Assembly: GCA_041611735.1 (NCBI GenBank)
Contig: JBFIML010000023.1
Span: 1-64,000 of the forward strand
Direction: 5' to 3'
DNA length: 64,000 bases
DNA from: Myxococcota bacterium
GTDB taxonomy: Bacteria > Myxococcota_A > UBA9160 > PR03
This document shows positions 26,855-36,306 of the stretch, one piece after another; the first letter of the stretch is position 1; each line of letters begins with the position of its first letter. The notes beneath the pieces are model-generated. The model did not search any database and had not been told where the DNA came from. It worked only from the letters and a program-made list of their open reading frames with translations. The position numbers and the translations under genes are program-made.

Positions 26855-27532
26855 TCAGGGGCCGGGCGGGCGCTCCAGACCCTCGAGGATGCGCGCGCGT
26901 TCCTCGGGAGGCAGCTGACGCAGGCGCTGCCAGCGCTGGCGCAGGCGCTCCTGCTGCTGGGGCGACAGGGCGCGCCAGCGTGCGAGGTTGCGCTCGATCC
27001 GGGCACGCCGCTCCGGCGGGAGCTCCTGCAGCTCGCGCAGCTGCGCGCGCAGGCGCGCCCGCTGCTCGGGCGGAAGCTCGCGCACCCGGGCCAGGCGGTG
27101 CACCAACTCCCGTCGCTCCACGGGCGGAAGCTCGCGCAGCCGCTGCCGCAGCGCGTGGCGCTCCGCGGGCGAGAGGGAGCGCATCCGGGCGGCGAGCCGC
27201 TCCCGCTCCTCGCCGGACAGGTCGCCGACGAGCTCCTCGCGGACCCGGCGACGTTCGCGCAGGCGTTCCAGGGCGCCGGCCCGCTCCCTGGGGCTCATGG
27301 CCTCGAGCCGCTCGCGCTGGCGGCGGCGCTCCTCGGGCGAGAGCCGCCGCAGCCGCTCCATCACGGCGCGCCGTTCCTCGGGCGGGAGCTCCCGCAACCA
27401 GCTGCGGCCGGCCCGGTCCGCGCGATCCATGCGGCGCTCCCGCGCCGGGGCGTCCGTCTCCGCCCGGACCGCGTCCGCGGCCGGACCCAGACCGGCAAAC
27501 AGGAACAGGAGGGCCACCCCGCGCCGCCGCAT
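26855..27532 (-). CDS. DUF3106-like periplasmic protein with LxxLPPEER repeats
   Basis: Signal-like N-terminus and many (L/M)(P/S)P(E/A)ER repeats; last gene of the ECF sigma/anti-sigma operon. Confidence 0.7.
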   Translation of the reverse strand: MRRRGVALLFLFAGLGPAADAVRAETDAPARERRMDRADRAGRSWLRELPPEERRAVMERLRRLSPEERRRQRERLEAMSPRERAGALERLRERRRVREELVGDLSGEERERLAARMRSLSPAERHALRQRLRELPPVERRELVHRLARVRELPPEQRARLRAQLRELQELPPERRARIERNLARWRALSPQQQERLRQRWQRLRQLPPEERARILEGLERPPGP

Positions 27533-28083
27533 CAGCCGGCGTCCAGGGCGTCGAGCTGTTCCAGCAGATCGAGCTGCTCGATCAGGGCGAGGTCGTCGTC
27601 CGCCGCGAGACCACCGAGCGCGTCGAGGCCCATGGCGAGCTCCAGCTCCTCGTCGCTGCTCTGCTCGAGGGCCACCTCCAGGGGGAGCTCCGCCGGCTGC
27701 GTCTGCACGGCGGGATGCCGGCTCCAGCGCGGCGCCCACAGCAGGGCCAGGGCCAGGGCAGCCGCCGCCGCGACCAGGCCCGCCGGGAGGGCGAGCCGGC
27801 GCAGGCGCCGACGCGGCCGGCGTGGCGCTGCGCGCCCGAACCTGGGGAGCTCCTCGGCCAGGCGCCCGCGCACACGCTGGAGGACGGCCTCGGAAACCGG
27901 GTGCACGGACAGCGTACGCAGACCCGCCTCGACGCGCTCGAGCTGCGCGAGCCGCTCGCCACAGCGCGCGCAGCCCGACACGTGGGCGCGCACCCGTGCA
28001 TCCCGGGCGGCCTCGAGCTCCCCGTCGAGGAGCGCCGAGAGGTCCTCCTCGAAGCCCGGGCAGGCGGACAGGAGCTTGCTCAT
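27532..28083 (-). CDS. Zinc-binding (zf-HC2) anti-sigma factor
   Basis: LSALLDGEL, HVSGCARC (HxxxCxxC) and one TM segment. Confidence 0.88.
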   Translation of the reverse strand: MSKLLSACPGFEEDLSALLDGELEAARDARVRAHVSGCARCGERLAQLERVEAGLRTLSVHPVSEAVLQRVRGRLAEELPRFGRAAPRRPRRRLRRLALPAGLVAAAAALALALLWAPRWSRHPAVQTQPAELPLEVALEQSSDEELELAMGLDALGGLAADDDLALIEQLDLLEQLDALDAG

Positions 28084-28649
28084 CGGGAGTCTCCTGCGTC
28101 CAGGTGCTCGGCCAGGGCCGAGCGGGCTCGGTGCACCAGCGCCTTCACCGACTTCTCCGTGGTCTCGAGGCTGCGGGCCACCTCGGCGTAGGAGAGACCT
28201 TCCACGGCCGTGAGCCAGAGGGCGGCGCGCTGGCGCTCCGGAAGCGCATCGAGCGCCTTCTCCACCGCGTCGCCCACCCGGCGGGCGTGCACCACGTCGT
28301 CGATCCCGGGCTGGTCCGCCGTGAGCTCCAGGCGGCCGTCCTGCTCCGGGCTGTGGCTGCGGTGCGGCGCCCTCTGACGGGGCCGGCGCAGCTCGTTGAA
28401 GGCGAGGCGGCTCGCGATCGTGTACAGCCAGGTCGAGAACCGGGCATCGGGCTCGTAGCGCTCCCGGGCGCGGTAGACACGCAGGAAGGCCTCCTGGACC
28501 AGCTCCTCCGCGGCGGCGGCGTCCCGCACCAGCCGCTCCAGATAGTGCAACAGCGGCCCGGCCCAGCGGCGGAACAACGCGTCGAAGGCGGACGAGTCGC
28601 CGTCGCGCAACGCCAGCATGAGCCGGACGTCGGGATCCCCCTGGTGCAC
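28080..28649 (-). CDS. ECF RNA polymerase sigma factor
   Basis: AEELVQEAFL, FSTWLYTIA, LDALPERQR, GLSYAEVA and VKALVHRAR. Confidence 0.9.
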   Translation of the reverse strand: MHQGDPDVRLMLALRDGDSSAFDALFRRWAGPLLHYLERLVRDAAAAEELVQEAFLRVYRARERYEPDARFSTWLYTIASRLAFNELRRPRQRAPHRSHSPEQDGRLELTADQPGIDDVVHARRVGDAVEKALDALPERQRAALWLTAVEGLSYAEVARSLETTEKSVKALVHRARSALAEHLDAGDSR

Positions 28650-28729
28650 GTCCGCCTCCGCCCCTCTGGAAACCCGGTGCGGCGCTCCGGGTTGCGCACG
28701 GAGCCCCGTGGGGAGCGTCCGGACCGGCC

Positions 28730-29557
28730 TCAGGCAGAGCCCCGGGCCTGGCTGGTCACGAAGCCCACCAGCAGATCGCTCACGGCCTCGGGCTCCTCGA
28801 GGCCGAGCACGTGGCCGGCGCGCGGGACCCGAACCAGCCTGGCGCGCGGGAGGCGCGCCGCCATCACCTCCGCCGCCCGGGAGAAGGCGGCATCCTCCTC
28901 GCCCACCACCACGAGGGCCGGGATGTCGATGCCCGAGAGAGCCTCGAGCACGGCGGGAGCCGGGCCGGACACGCGCCGCCCGAAGGCCGCCACGGCGGCC
29001 GGCTGCTGGGCGGCGATGGCGACGGCGGCGGTGCGCACGGCCTCGGCCTCCCGGTGTCGCCCCACCGTCGTGTCGCCCCCCCGGCCGGTCAGGAACGCCT
29101 CGAAGCCCCGCGTCTCCAGGAGCTGCGCGGTGCGCTCGATCTGCGCCTGCCAGCGCGCCTGGGCGTCCGGGTTCTTGAAGCCGGGACCGCTGGCCAGGAG
29201 CACCAGTCCCCGCACCCGCTCGGGATGGGCCAACGCGAAGTGGAGCGACGCGAGCCCCCCGAACGAGAAGCCCACCAGGACCGCCTGCTGCTCCGGCGCG
29301 CCCCAGGCGAGCACGCGGCCCAGGTCGTCGAGCACCTGGGCCATGGAGTAGGCAGCCGGATCCGCGGGCGCCTCGGAGCGCCCGTGTCCCCGGTAGTCCC
29401 AGAGCAGCACGCGTGCGCCCGCGGCCAGCAGCGGCGCCACCTGGGGCCGGAAGTTCTCGCACGTGGTGACGTAGCCACACGAGAGCAGCACGGGGCTGCC
29501 GTCGCCATGCGCCTCGGCGTACAGCTTGCACCCATCGCTCGCGACGACCGTGGCCAC
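28730..29557 (-). CDS. Alpha/beta hydrolase
   Basis: WDYRGHGRS, nucleophile elbow GFSFGG, VVGEED and AGH. Confidence 0.88.
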   Translation of the reverse strand: MATVVASDGCKLYAEAHGDGSPVLLSCGYVTTCENFRPQVAPLLAAGARVLLWDYRGHGRSEAPADPAAYSMAQVLDDLGRVLAWGAPEQQAVLVGFSFGGLASLHFALAHPERVRGLVLLASGPGFKNPDAQARWQAQIERTAQLLETRGFEAFLTGRGGDTTVGRHREAEAVRTAAVAIAAQQPAAVAAFGRRVSGPAPAVLEALSGIDIPALVVVGEEDAAFSRAAEVMAARLPRARLVRVPRAGHVLGLEEPEAVSDLLVGFVTSQARGSA

Positions 29558-29997
29558 TAGGCCCGCTTGCCGCCGGCGCGCTTCTGCAGCCGTCGGCGCA
29601 GTCCGGCGGCCATGCGCTCGATCTGCTCCTGCATGGGGCCCCGGATGGTGAACTCGGGCACCAGCGGACGCGTGCGTCCTTCCAACTCGAGCTGCACGCG
29701 GGTGCCTTCCCCGCGTGGCTGCAACTTGATCGAGCCGCACAGCTCGCGCCAGACCCGCCCGTCGCAGACCTTCTCGAAGTGCACGCTGCCGTCGTCCTCG
29801 AAGTCGAAATGGAAGGTGGCGACGCCCTCTCGGCCCAGCGCCCGGTAGTGGGTGCGGGTGGTCTTGTGCCGCTCCGTGCTCTCCACGATCTCGGTCTGGG
29901 ATTCCGGGAAGAGTTGCACGAAGGTCTCGTCCTCTGCCAGGAGCCGCGCCGTCTCCTCGAGGGATCGCTTCACGTCGAAGCGCTTCTCCATGCGCAC
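29557..29997 (-). CDS. Hypothetical protein, possibly SRPBCC/CoxG-like
   Basis: GGGAGG RBS; beta-rich sequence ending in an amphipathic helix; abuts the hydrolase start. Confidence 0.6.
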   Translation of the reverse strand: MRMEKRFDVKRSLEETARLLAEDETFVQLFPESQTEIVESTERHKTTRTHYRALGREGVATFHFDFEDDGSVHFEKVCDGRVWRELCGSIKLQPRGEGTRVQLELEGRTRPLVPEFTIRGPMQEQIERMAAGLRRRLQKRAGGKRA

Positions 29998-30013
29998 GTC
30001 GCATCCTCCCGCG

Positions 30014-31726
30014 CTAGCGGATCTCCACCCACAGGGGCGGCACGAGCAGCGGCCGACCCGGGGGGAGCCCGCCGAGCCACTCCGCCAGGCGCGCGATGCC
30101 GGCGGGCAGTGGGAGCGCCTGCGCCGCCGCGCGGGCCAGCGCGCCTTGCAACACGTCGCCGATCTGCTCGGCCAGGGGCCGGGGACGCGGGTAGACGACG
30201 AGCGCCACGGGCGCCTCCGGGTCGTGGCCGAGCTTCTCCTTGGCTCGGGCGGAGGCGATCCGCAGCCCGCCCAGGCCGTCCACCAGGCCGAGCGCAGCCG
30301 CCTGCTCACCGGTCCATACGCGCCCGCGCGCCACGAGCTCCACGCGGCTGCGGTCGAGATCGCGTCCCTCGGCCACGCGTTCCACGAAGCGCTTGTAGAC
30401 CGCCTCGATGTCCTTGCGCAGCCAGGCCCGGGTGTCCGGAGAGAGCCGACTTCCCGGCAGCAGGATCTCCGCATGGGATCCGCGCAGCAGCGCCTCCGAG
30501 CCGACGCCGAGCCGCTGCAACACCTCGGGGAACGCCGGGCGCGCCACGAAGGCCCCGATCGAGCCCGTGAGCGTGGCGGGCCCCGCGACCACCTCGCCGA
30601 TGCCGCAGGCCACGTAGTAGCCCCCGGAGGCTGCCAGATCCGAGAAGGAGGCCACGATCGGCTTGCGCTCGGCGGCCCGGCGCGTGGCCTGCCAGATCAG
30701 CTCCGAGGCGAACGGGGAGCCGCCCGGGCTGTCCACCCGCAGCAGGATCGCGTCGATCTCTTCGTTCTCGGCCGCCTCCTCCAACGCCTCCACCACCGTG
30801 TCCGCCGCCATGATCGGGGATCCGGTGCGCGAGGTCGTGCCGCGACCGGTCACGACGGGGCCGCTCGCGTACACCAGCGCGAAGGTGGCGACGGGCGGTC
30901 CCGTGACGGCGCTCGCGTCCACGCGGGCGTACTCCTCGGCCTCCACCACGGGCGGGTCGCCGCGTGCCTCGAGGATCTCGCGTCGCGTGCGCACGCCATC
31001 CACGAGTCGCCGCTCCAGCAGCTCTTCCGCTTGCGTCGGTGCACTGGCGATGACCGTCCGCAGCTCCTGCTCCGAGAGGCTCCGGCTGCGGGCGATGCCG
31101 CGCATGAACTGCCCGTCGATGGAGTCGAGCAGGGCGTTGGCCATCTCCCGGTGCGGCTCGGACATCTTCTGCCCGGCCAGCATCTCGGCGGTGCTCTTGT
31201 ACTCGCCCACCTGCTCCACTTCGAGCTCGACGCCGAGCTTCTCCCACAGCCCGCCCAGGAAGTAGAATTCTGCCGCGAGCCCCACGAGCGGGACATGGGC
31301 CCCGGGCGCCACGTAGACCTCCTCGGCCGCACTCGCCACGTAGTACTCGAGGTTCCCCGCGAAGCCCTCGCCCTCCAGGTAGGCGATGGGATGCCGGCCG
31401 GCGTCGCGCAGGGCCGCGATCGCGTCGCGCAGCTCCTGGGCCTTGGCCCAGCCCACGTCGAGCGCCCGGACGTGGAGCAGGACCGCCGACAGGCGCTCGT
31501 CCCGCGACGCCTTGCGCAGCTCGGAGAGCACCGCGAGCAACGAGCCCTCCGCCCGCCCGACCAGACGGGCCACCAGCGGGGGCTCCGGCGCCTCCACGTA
31601 GGTGCCCGAGAGCTCCATGACCAGGACGCTCCCGCGCGGCACGTTCGGCCGTTGCAGGAAGCGGAACACGGCGCCCACCACGACGACCAGCAGCACGACG
31701 ACCAGGGCCCGGCGCAAGGCACGCAT
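30014..31726 (-). CDS. sppA: Signal peptide peptidase SppA (two-domain type)
   Basis: YYVASAA, VGEYKS, RVDSPGGS, AASGGYY, TGSIG and GRVWTG. Confidence 0.92.
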   Translation of the reverse strand: MRALRRALVVVLLVVVVGAVFRFLQRPNVPRGSVLVMELSGTYVEAPEPPLVARLVGRAEGSLLAVLSELRKASRDERLSAVLLHVRALDVGWAKAQELRDAIAALRDAGRHPIAYLEGEGFAGNLEYYVASAAEEVYVAPGAHVPLVGLAAEFYFLGGLWEKLGVELEVEQVGEYKSTAEMLAGQKMSEPHREMANALLDSIDGQFMRGIARSRSLSEQELRTVIASAPTQAEELLERRLVDGVRTRREILEARGDPPVVEAEEYARVDASAVTGPPVATFALVYASGPVVTGRGTTSRTGSPIMAADTVVEALEEAAENEEIDAILLRVDSPGGSPFASELIWQATRRAAERKPIVASFSDLAASGGYYVACGIGEVVAGPATLTGSIGAFVARPAFPEVLQRLGVGSEALLRGSHAEILLPGSRLSPDTRAWLRKDIEAVYKRFVERVAEGRDLDRSRVELVARGRVWTGEQAAALGLVDGLGGLRIASARAKEKLGHDPEAPVALVVYPRPRPLAEQIGDVLQGALARAAAQALPLPAGIARLAEWLGGLPPGRPLLVPPLWVEIR

Positions 31727-31779
31727 GCTCGACGTTTCCTCCCCCGGCGGGTGTCCGCCCTGGGCTATCCTGATTGGCG

Positions 31780-33423
31780 ATGCCCAGGGAGGTATACATC
31801 GCCGCCGTCGGCCTCACCAAGGTCGATCTGACCGGACGCATCTTCGCCAGTGTCTTCGACCTGTTCTCGGAGGCCTATCACCGGGCGCTGGAGGACTCGC
31901 CGGTCCGCTCCTTCGACGCCATCCAGGTCGGCGTCATGGACAGCGAGGAGTTCGAGAACCGCGCCAACATCGCGGCCAAGGTGGCGGACCACCTGCGGCT
32001 CACCGGGGTCCCGGCCATCCGCAGCGAGACGGCCTCTTCCACCGGCGCCGCCGCCTTCCACGAAGCCTGGTACAAGGTCGCCTCCGGGCAGTTCGACAGC
32101 GTCCTGGTCCTGGCCGGCGAGCGTATGAAGATGGTGACCACCGAGGTGGCCACCTCGATCATGTCCAAGATCATCGACCCGGCAGAGCGCGGCTTCGGCT
32201 TCACCATGCCGGCCCTGATCGCCCTGGTCACCCAGGCGTGGCTGCGGGAGCGCAAGATCCGGGGCAAGGCCGTGGCGGACCTGCTCTCGCGGCTCATGTT
32301 CCGGGCCCACGCCCTGGGAGCGCAGAACCCCCTGGCCGCCTTCACCAACCGGACGGAGCCGATCGACGCCTACTTCGACACCACCAAGAACACCCCCGTG
32401 GCGACGCCGCTCATGCGCAAGGACTGCTCCCCGATCTGCGACGGGGCCGCCGCGGTGATCCTGACCGCCCAGCCCCACGCGGTGCGGGTGGCGGGCCTCG
32501 GCTCCGCCACGGAGACGTCCTCGATCCTGGACCGGGAGCGCCTCGCCTGCCTCGATGCCACCCGGCGCGCCGCGGAGGTGGCCTACTGGCGGGCCGGGAT
32601 CGCCCGGCCCCGGGAGCTCGAGGGACTGGTCGTGGAGGCCCACGACGCTTTCAACAGTCTGCTGCCCATCAGCCTGGAGGACCTGCGGCTGGTGGAGCTG
32701 GACGAGTCCGTGTCGGCCCTGGTGGGCAACCTGCGTCAGGAGCCCGGCGACCCCCTGGCACACCCCCACACCGGAGTGCGGGGCCGCATGCCCACCAACC
32801 TCTCGGGGGGCCTGAAGGCGCGCGGGCACCCGGTGGGCGGGACGGGCCTGTTCCAGATCGGCGAGTGCTACCTGCAGCTCACCGACCGCTTCCCGAACCG
32901 AAGGGCCCAGGTCCGCGACGCCCAGCTCGGCCTGGCCCACTCGATTGGCGGGCCGGGCAACAACGTCTATGTGACCCTGATCGAGCGCAGCGACTCGCGC
33001 CGGCGCCCCGACACCGTGCCGCGGCCGCGTCTGAGCTTCCGCTCCGCCGAGCGTCGGCGCGAGCGGCCCGATCCGAAGGAGCTGCACGGCGTTCACGCGG
33101 TGGTCGAGGCGGCCACGAGCATCCACGTGACGGCCGGTGGCCAGCCGGGCCCGATCCACGTGGCTCTGGTGCGCATCGCCGGGCGTCGTGCCTTCGCGAA
33201 GCTCGACCGCGCTCCCCACGAGGAAGAGGCGCCCGAGGCGATCCTGGCCGGAAGCCGGGTGCGGCTGCTCGTAAAGGACGACGGGGACCACTACGTGCAG
33301 GTCCCGCGCGGCCGCGGCTTCGACCTGGGCAGCCTGGTCGAGCGCGTGCGGCGCCGGGTGCGTCGCGAGCGCAGCACCCCGGACGAAGCCGACGCCGCGC
33401 CCGGCGAGCCCGAAGCCTCCTAG
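31780..33423 (+). CDS. SCP-x/Ltp2-type thiolase-domain protein with C-terminal OB-fold-like extension
   Basis: DCSPICDGAAA, EAHDAF, NLSGGLKARGHPVGGTG and HSIGG; Ser at the expected Cys position (ETASSTG). Confidence 0.8.
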   Translation: MPREVYIAAVGLTKVDLTGRIFASVFDLFSEAYHRALEDSPVRSFDAIQVGVMDSEEFENRANIAAKVADHLRLTGVPAIRSETASSTGAAAFHEAWYKVASGQFDSVLVLAGERMKMVTTEVATSIMSKIIDPAERGFGFTMPALIALVTQAWLRERKIRGKAVADLLSRLMFRAHALGAQNPLAAFTNRTEPIDAYFDTTKNTPVATPLMRKDCSPICDGAAAVILTAQPHAVRVAGLGSATETSSILDRERLACLDATRRAAEVAYWRAGIARPRELEGLVVEAHDAFNSLLPISLEDLRLVELDESVSALVGNLRQEPGDPLAHPHTGVRGRMPTNLSGGLKARGHPVGGTGLFQIGECYLQLTDRFPNRRAQVRDAQLGLAHSIGGPGNNVYVTLIERSDSRRRPDTVPRPRLSFRSAERRRERPDPKELHGVHAVVEAATSIHVTAGGQPGPIHVALVRIAGRRAFAKLDRAPHEEEAPEAILAGSRVRLLVKDDGDHYVQVPRGRGFDLGSLVERVRRRVRRERSTPDEADAAPGEPEAS

Positions 33424-34526
33424 AAGACGATCACGCCCCGCGCGTTCAGGCCCTTTTCCAGGTCTTCGAACGCCTTGGGCGCCTCGTCGACCGAGTAGGT
33501 GTTCGTCACCAGCTCGTCGAGCTTGAGACGTCCGGCCTTGTACAGGCGGAGCAGTCGAGGGAAGTCCACGTGCACGCGCCCGGAGCCGTACCAGCAGCCC
33601 TTGATCGTCTTCTCGGTCGTGGTGATGAAGACGGCCTGGATGTTGGCGTGCTCGGCCGGGTTCGAAACGCCCACGATGACCGCCATGCCGCCCTTGCGAA
33701 CAGCCTTGAAGGTGTCGACGATGGTGGCGCCGAGCCCGATGCACTCGAAGCCGTAGTCGGCGCCGATGCCCGTGATCTCCACCACCTTGGCCACCGCGTC
33801 GCCGTCCTGCTTCGGATTGACGGTGTGGGTGGCTCCAAACTGCCGGGCGAACTCCAGCTTCTTGTCCAGCAGGTCCACGGCGATGATCTTTTCCGCACCT
33901 GCCAGGACGCAGCCCTGGATCACGTTCAGCCCGACGCCGCCTGCACCGAAGATGACCGCCGTGGACCCGGGCTCCACCCTGGCCGTGTTGATCGCGGCCC
34001 CCACGCCGGTCATGACCCCGCAACCCACCAGCGCGGCCTTGTCCAAGGGAACGTCCTTGTCGATCTTCACGACGCTGGCACGGTCGACCGTGCTGTAGTC
34101 CGCCATCACACCGCAGCCGGAGAAGATGTGCAGCGGCTTCCCGCCCTGGTCCTTCACCCGCGTGGTGCCGTCCGGAAGCGAGAAGTAGACCTTGGGATGC
34201 TCGTCGCAGAGTGCCGGCTGCCCGATCACGCAGAACCGGCAGCGCCCGCACTGGGGCACGAAGCTCGTGATCACGTGATCTCCCACGGCCAGATCCGCGA
34301 TCCCCTCGCCGACCTCCACGATCTCACCGGCTCCCTCGTGGCCGAGGATCATGGGCGGCGGGAGCGGCAACGTCCCGTTGGTCGCCGAGAGGTCGCTGTG
34401 GCAGACGCCGCAGGCCGCGAGCTTGACCATCACCTCGCCGCGACGGGGAGAGTCGACTGCGACCTCCTCTACGACGACCGGTTTGTTCCACTCGCGGCAG
34501 ATCACCGCCTTCGCCCGCTGGCCCAT
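33420..34526 (-). CDS. Zinc-dependent alcohol dehydrogenase
   Basis: GVCHSD, GHEGAG, CGRCRFC, GCGVMTG and GAGGVG. Confidence 0.92.
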   Translation of the reverse strand: MGQRAKAVICREWNKPVVVEEVAVDSPRRGEVMVKLAACGVCHSDLSATNGTLPLPPPMILGHEGAGEIVEVGEGIADLAVGDHVITSFVPQCGRCRFCVIGQPALCDEHPKVYFSLPDGTTRVKDQGGKPLHIFSGCGVMADYSTVDRASVVKIDKDVPLDKAALVGCGVMTGVGAAINTARVEPGSTAVIFGAGGVGLNVIQGCVLAGAEKIIAVDLLDKKLEFARQFGATHTVNPKQDGDAVAKVVEITGIGADYGFECIGLGATIVDTFKAVRKGGMAVIVGVSNPAEHANIQAVFITTTEKTIKGCWYGSGRVHVDFPRLLRLYKAGRLKLDELVTNTYSVDEAPKAFEDLEKGLNARGVIVF

Positions 34527-34673
34527 CACGCTCCTCCTGATCGGAAGCGGCGCGCTTCCGGCCCCGTTGGGGATCCGACCGCCTCGTCGAAGACCGGAGT
34601 CTACGAGAGCACGCCCCCCCTGCCAAGCGAGCGGCCCTATACTGCGAGACGACGCAGACCGCGAGGACCTGCC

Positions 34674-35555
34674 ATGAACATGCGCCCCTTCCGTCCCGAA
34701 GACGCCCCCGCCCTGGCCGCCCTCTCGGCCCGCTGTGCCCGGACTACCGCGGATTTCGTGCTGAACCCGCTCTGGGAGACGGAGGCTGAGCTCTTGGCCG
34801 AGTTCGAACGGCACGCCATCGATCCGGCCGAGCACCTGTGGGTGGCCGAAGCCGGTGACGGGCAGCTGATCGGAACGGCGGGCTTCCTGCGGCGACCGAC
34901 CTCGAGCCTGGCCGGCCTGATCTGCCCGATCGTGGGGCGGGACGAGCGGGGACGGGGCGTGGGGGGCCAGCTCCTGCGCCATGCGCTCGGGCAGGGTGCG
35001 GAGCGGCTCGGGCTCCGCCTGGTGACTGCCGGCATCGGTACCCGCAACCGCGCCGGCTACTCGCTGCTCCAGGCCACGGGCTTCCGGCCGGGCCGCCAGT
35101 ACTACCTGATGCGTTGCACGCAGAAGCCCAAGTCGCCGGGGGCAGGAACCCTCCGGTTCGAGAGCGCCACGCCCGAGGACGCGGACGCCATCCTCACCAT
35201 CTACGCCGCGTGCGGCTTCGAGAAGCGCGAGCCGGAGACCATGCGCGCCGTGCTCGCGGACGGTCGTCATGCCCACGTGGTGGCCCGCGAGAAGGACCAG
35301 GTGATCGCCTTCGCGGAGATCGAGACGCACTGGCCACAGCGCCCGTGGGTGGCCTTCGTGGGCGTCGACCCGCGCTGGCGTGACCGGGGCCTCGGCTCCT
35401 CCATCGTGGCCTGGGCGCTCGCGCGGCGCTTCGAGGCCGGCGGCGAGAGCGCGCTCCTGCTGCTCTCGCCCGCCAACCGCACGGCGGTGCGCGCTTACGA
35501 GAAGGTGGGCTTCCGCCGCCACCGCCTGGTGGACGTACTCGACAAGCCGCTATGA
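34674..35555 (+). CDS. Tandem-domain GNAT acetyltransferase
   Basis: Two acetyl-CoA motifs (ERGRGVG, WRDRGLG) and NRTAVRAYEKVGF. Confidence 0.85.
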   Translation: MNMRPFRPEDAPALAALSARCARTTADFVLNPLWETEAELLAEFERHAIDPAEHLWVAEAGDGQLIGTAGFLRRPTSSLAGLICPIVGRDERGRGVGGQLLRHALGQGAERLGLRLVTAGIGTRNRAGYSLLQATGFRPGRQYYLMRCTQKPKSPGAGTLRFESATPEDADAILTIYAACGFEKREPETMRAVLADGRHAHVVAREKDQVIAFAEIETHWPQRPWVAFVGVDPRWRDRGLGSSIVAWALARRFEAGGESALLLLSPANRTAVRAYEKVGFRRHRLVDVLDKPL

Positions 35556-35577
35556 GCCGAAAGCGAGGACCCCGGCC

Positions 35578-36306
35578 GTGGCCAGGCCCGATCGCGACGC
35601 GCTCGAAGAACGCATCCGCGTGCTGCGGCGCGCCCTGGCCGCGATGCCCGAGGACGCCACCTCCTGGTATGGGCTCGGTCGCGCGCTCCTCGAGCTCGAA
35701 CGCGGCGAGGAGGCGAGCCAGGCGTTCCGGCGCGCCCTCGCCGTGCGGCCCGACTACTCGGCCGCGCATCGCGAGCTGGGACGCGCTCGACTCGCGGCTG
35801 GCGACCGCGCGGGGGCGGCGGAGGCCCTCCAGCGCGGTCTCACCGTGGCCGAGCGCCGTGGCGACCTGCAGACCGCGCGCGAGATCCGGGTATTCTTGCG
35901 ACGTCTCGACCGGAAGGAGCAGCGGGCCGGAACACCGGCCTCCCGCCTGCCCGATGTGGAGGCAGCCAGCATGCCCGAAGCCCGAGCGCTCTACAAGCAG
36001 GCCTTCCAGCACTTCGTGAACGACCGCCTCGAGGACGCCATCGCGGGCTACCGGCGCGCCCTCGAGCTCGACCCGCAGCTCGCCATCGCCTGGAACGGGC
36101 TGGCCATGGCCCTGGCCCAGCAGGGGGACTTGGACGGCGCCCTCGAAGCCGCTCGGCGGCTCGTCGAGCTCGAGCCGGACGATCCGCTCGGCCACACCAG
36201 CCTCTCCATCTTCTACCAGCGCAAGGGGATGATCGCCGAGGCCGAGGAGGAGCGGGCGCTCGCCATGCAGCTGCAGTTCAAGCAGGAGCCGGGCGACTCG
36301 ACCTGA
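35578..36306 (+). CDS. Tetratricopeptide-repeat protein
   Basis: TPR units (WYGLGRAL, PDYSAAHRELG, AWNGLAMAL, EPDDPLGHTSL); GTG start after GAGGA. Confidence 0.8.
   Translation: MARPDRDALEERIRVLRRALAAMPEDATSWYGLGRALLELERGEEASQAFRRALAVRPDYSAAHRELGRARLAAGDRAGAAEALQRGLTVAERRGDLQTAREIRVFLRRLDRKEQRAGTPASRLPDVEAASMPEARALYKQAFQHFVNDRLEDAIAGYRRALELDPQLAIAWNGLAMALAQQGDLDGALEAARRLVELEPDDPLGHTSLSIFYQRKGMIAEAEEERALAMQLQFKQEPGDST

Noticed and set aside
26855-27532. DNA-level repeats as a CRISPR-like array
   Set aside because: The repeats are degenerate, codon-phased and explained by the LPPEER protein repeat; there are no spacers
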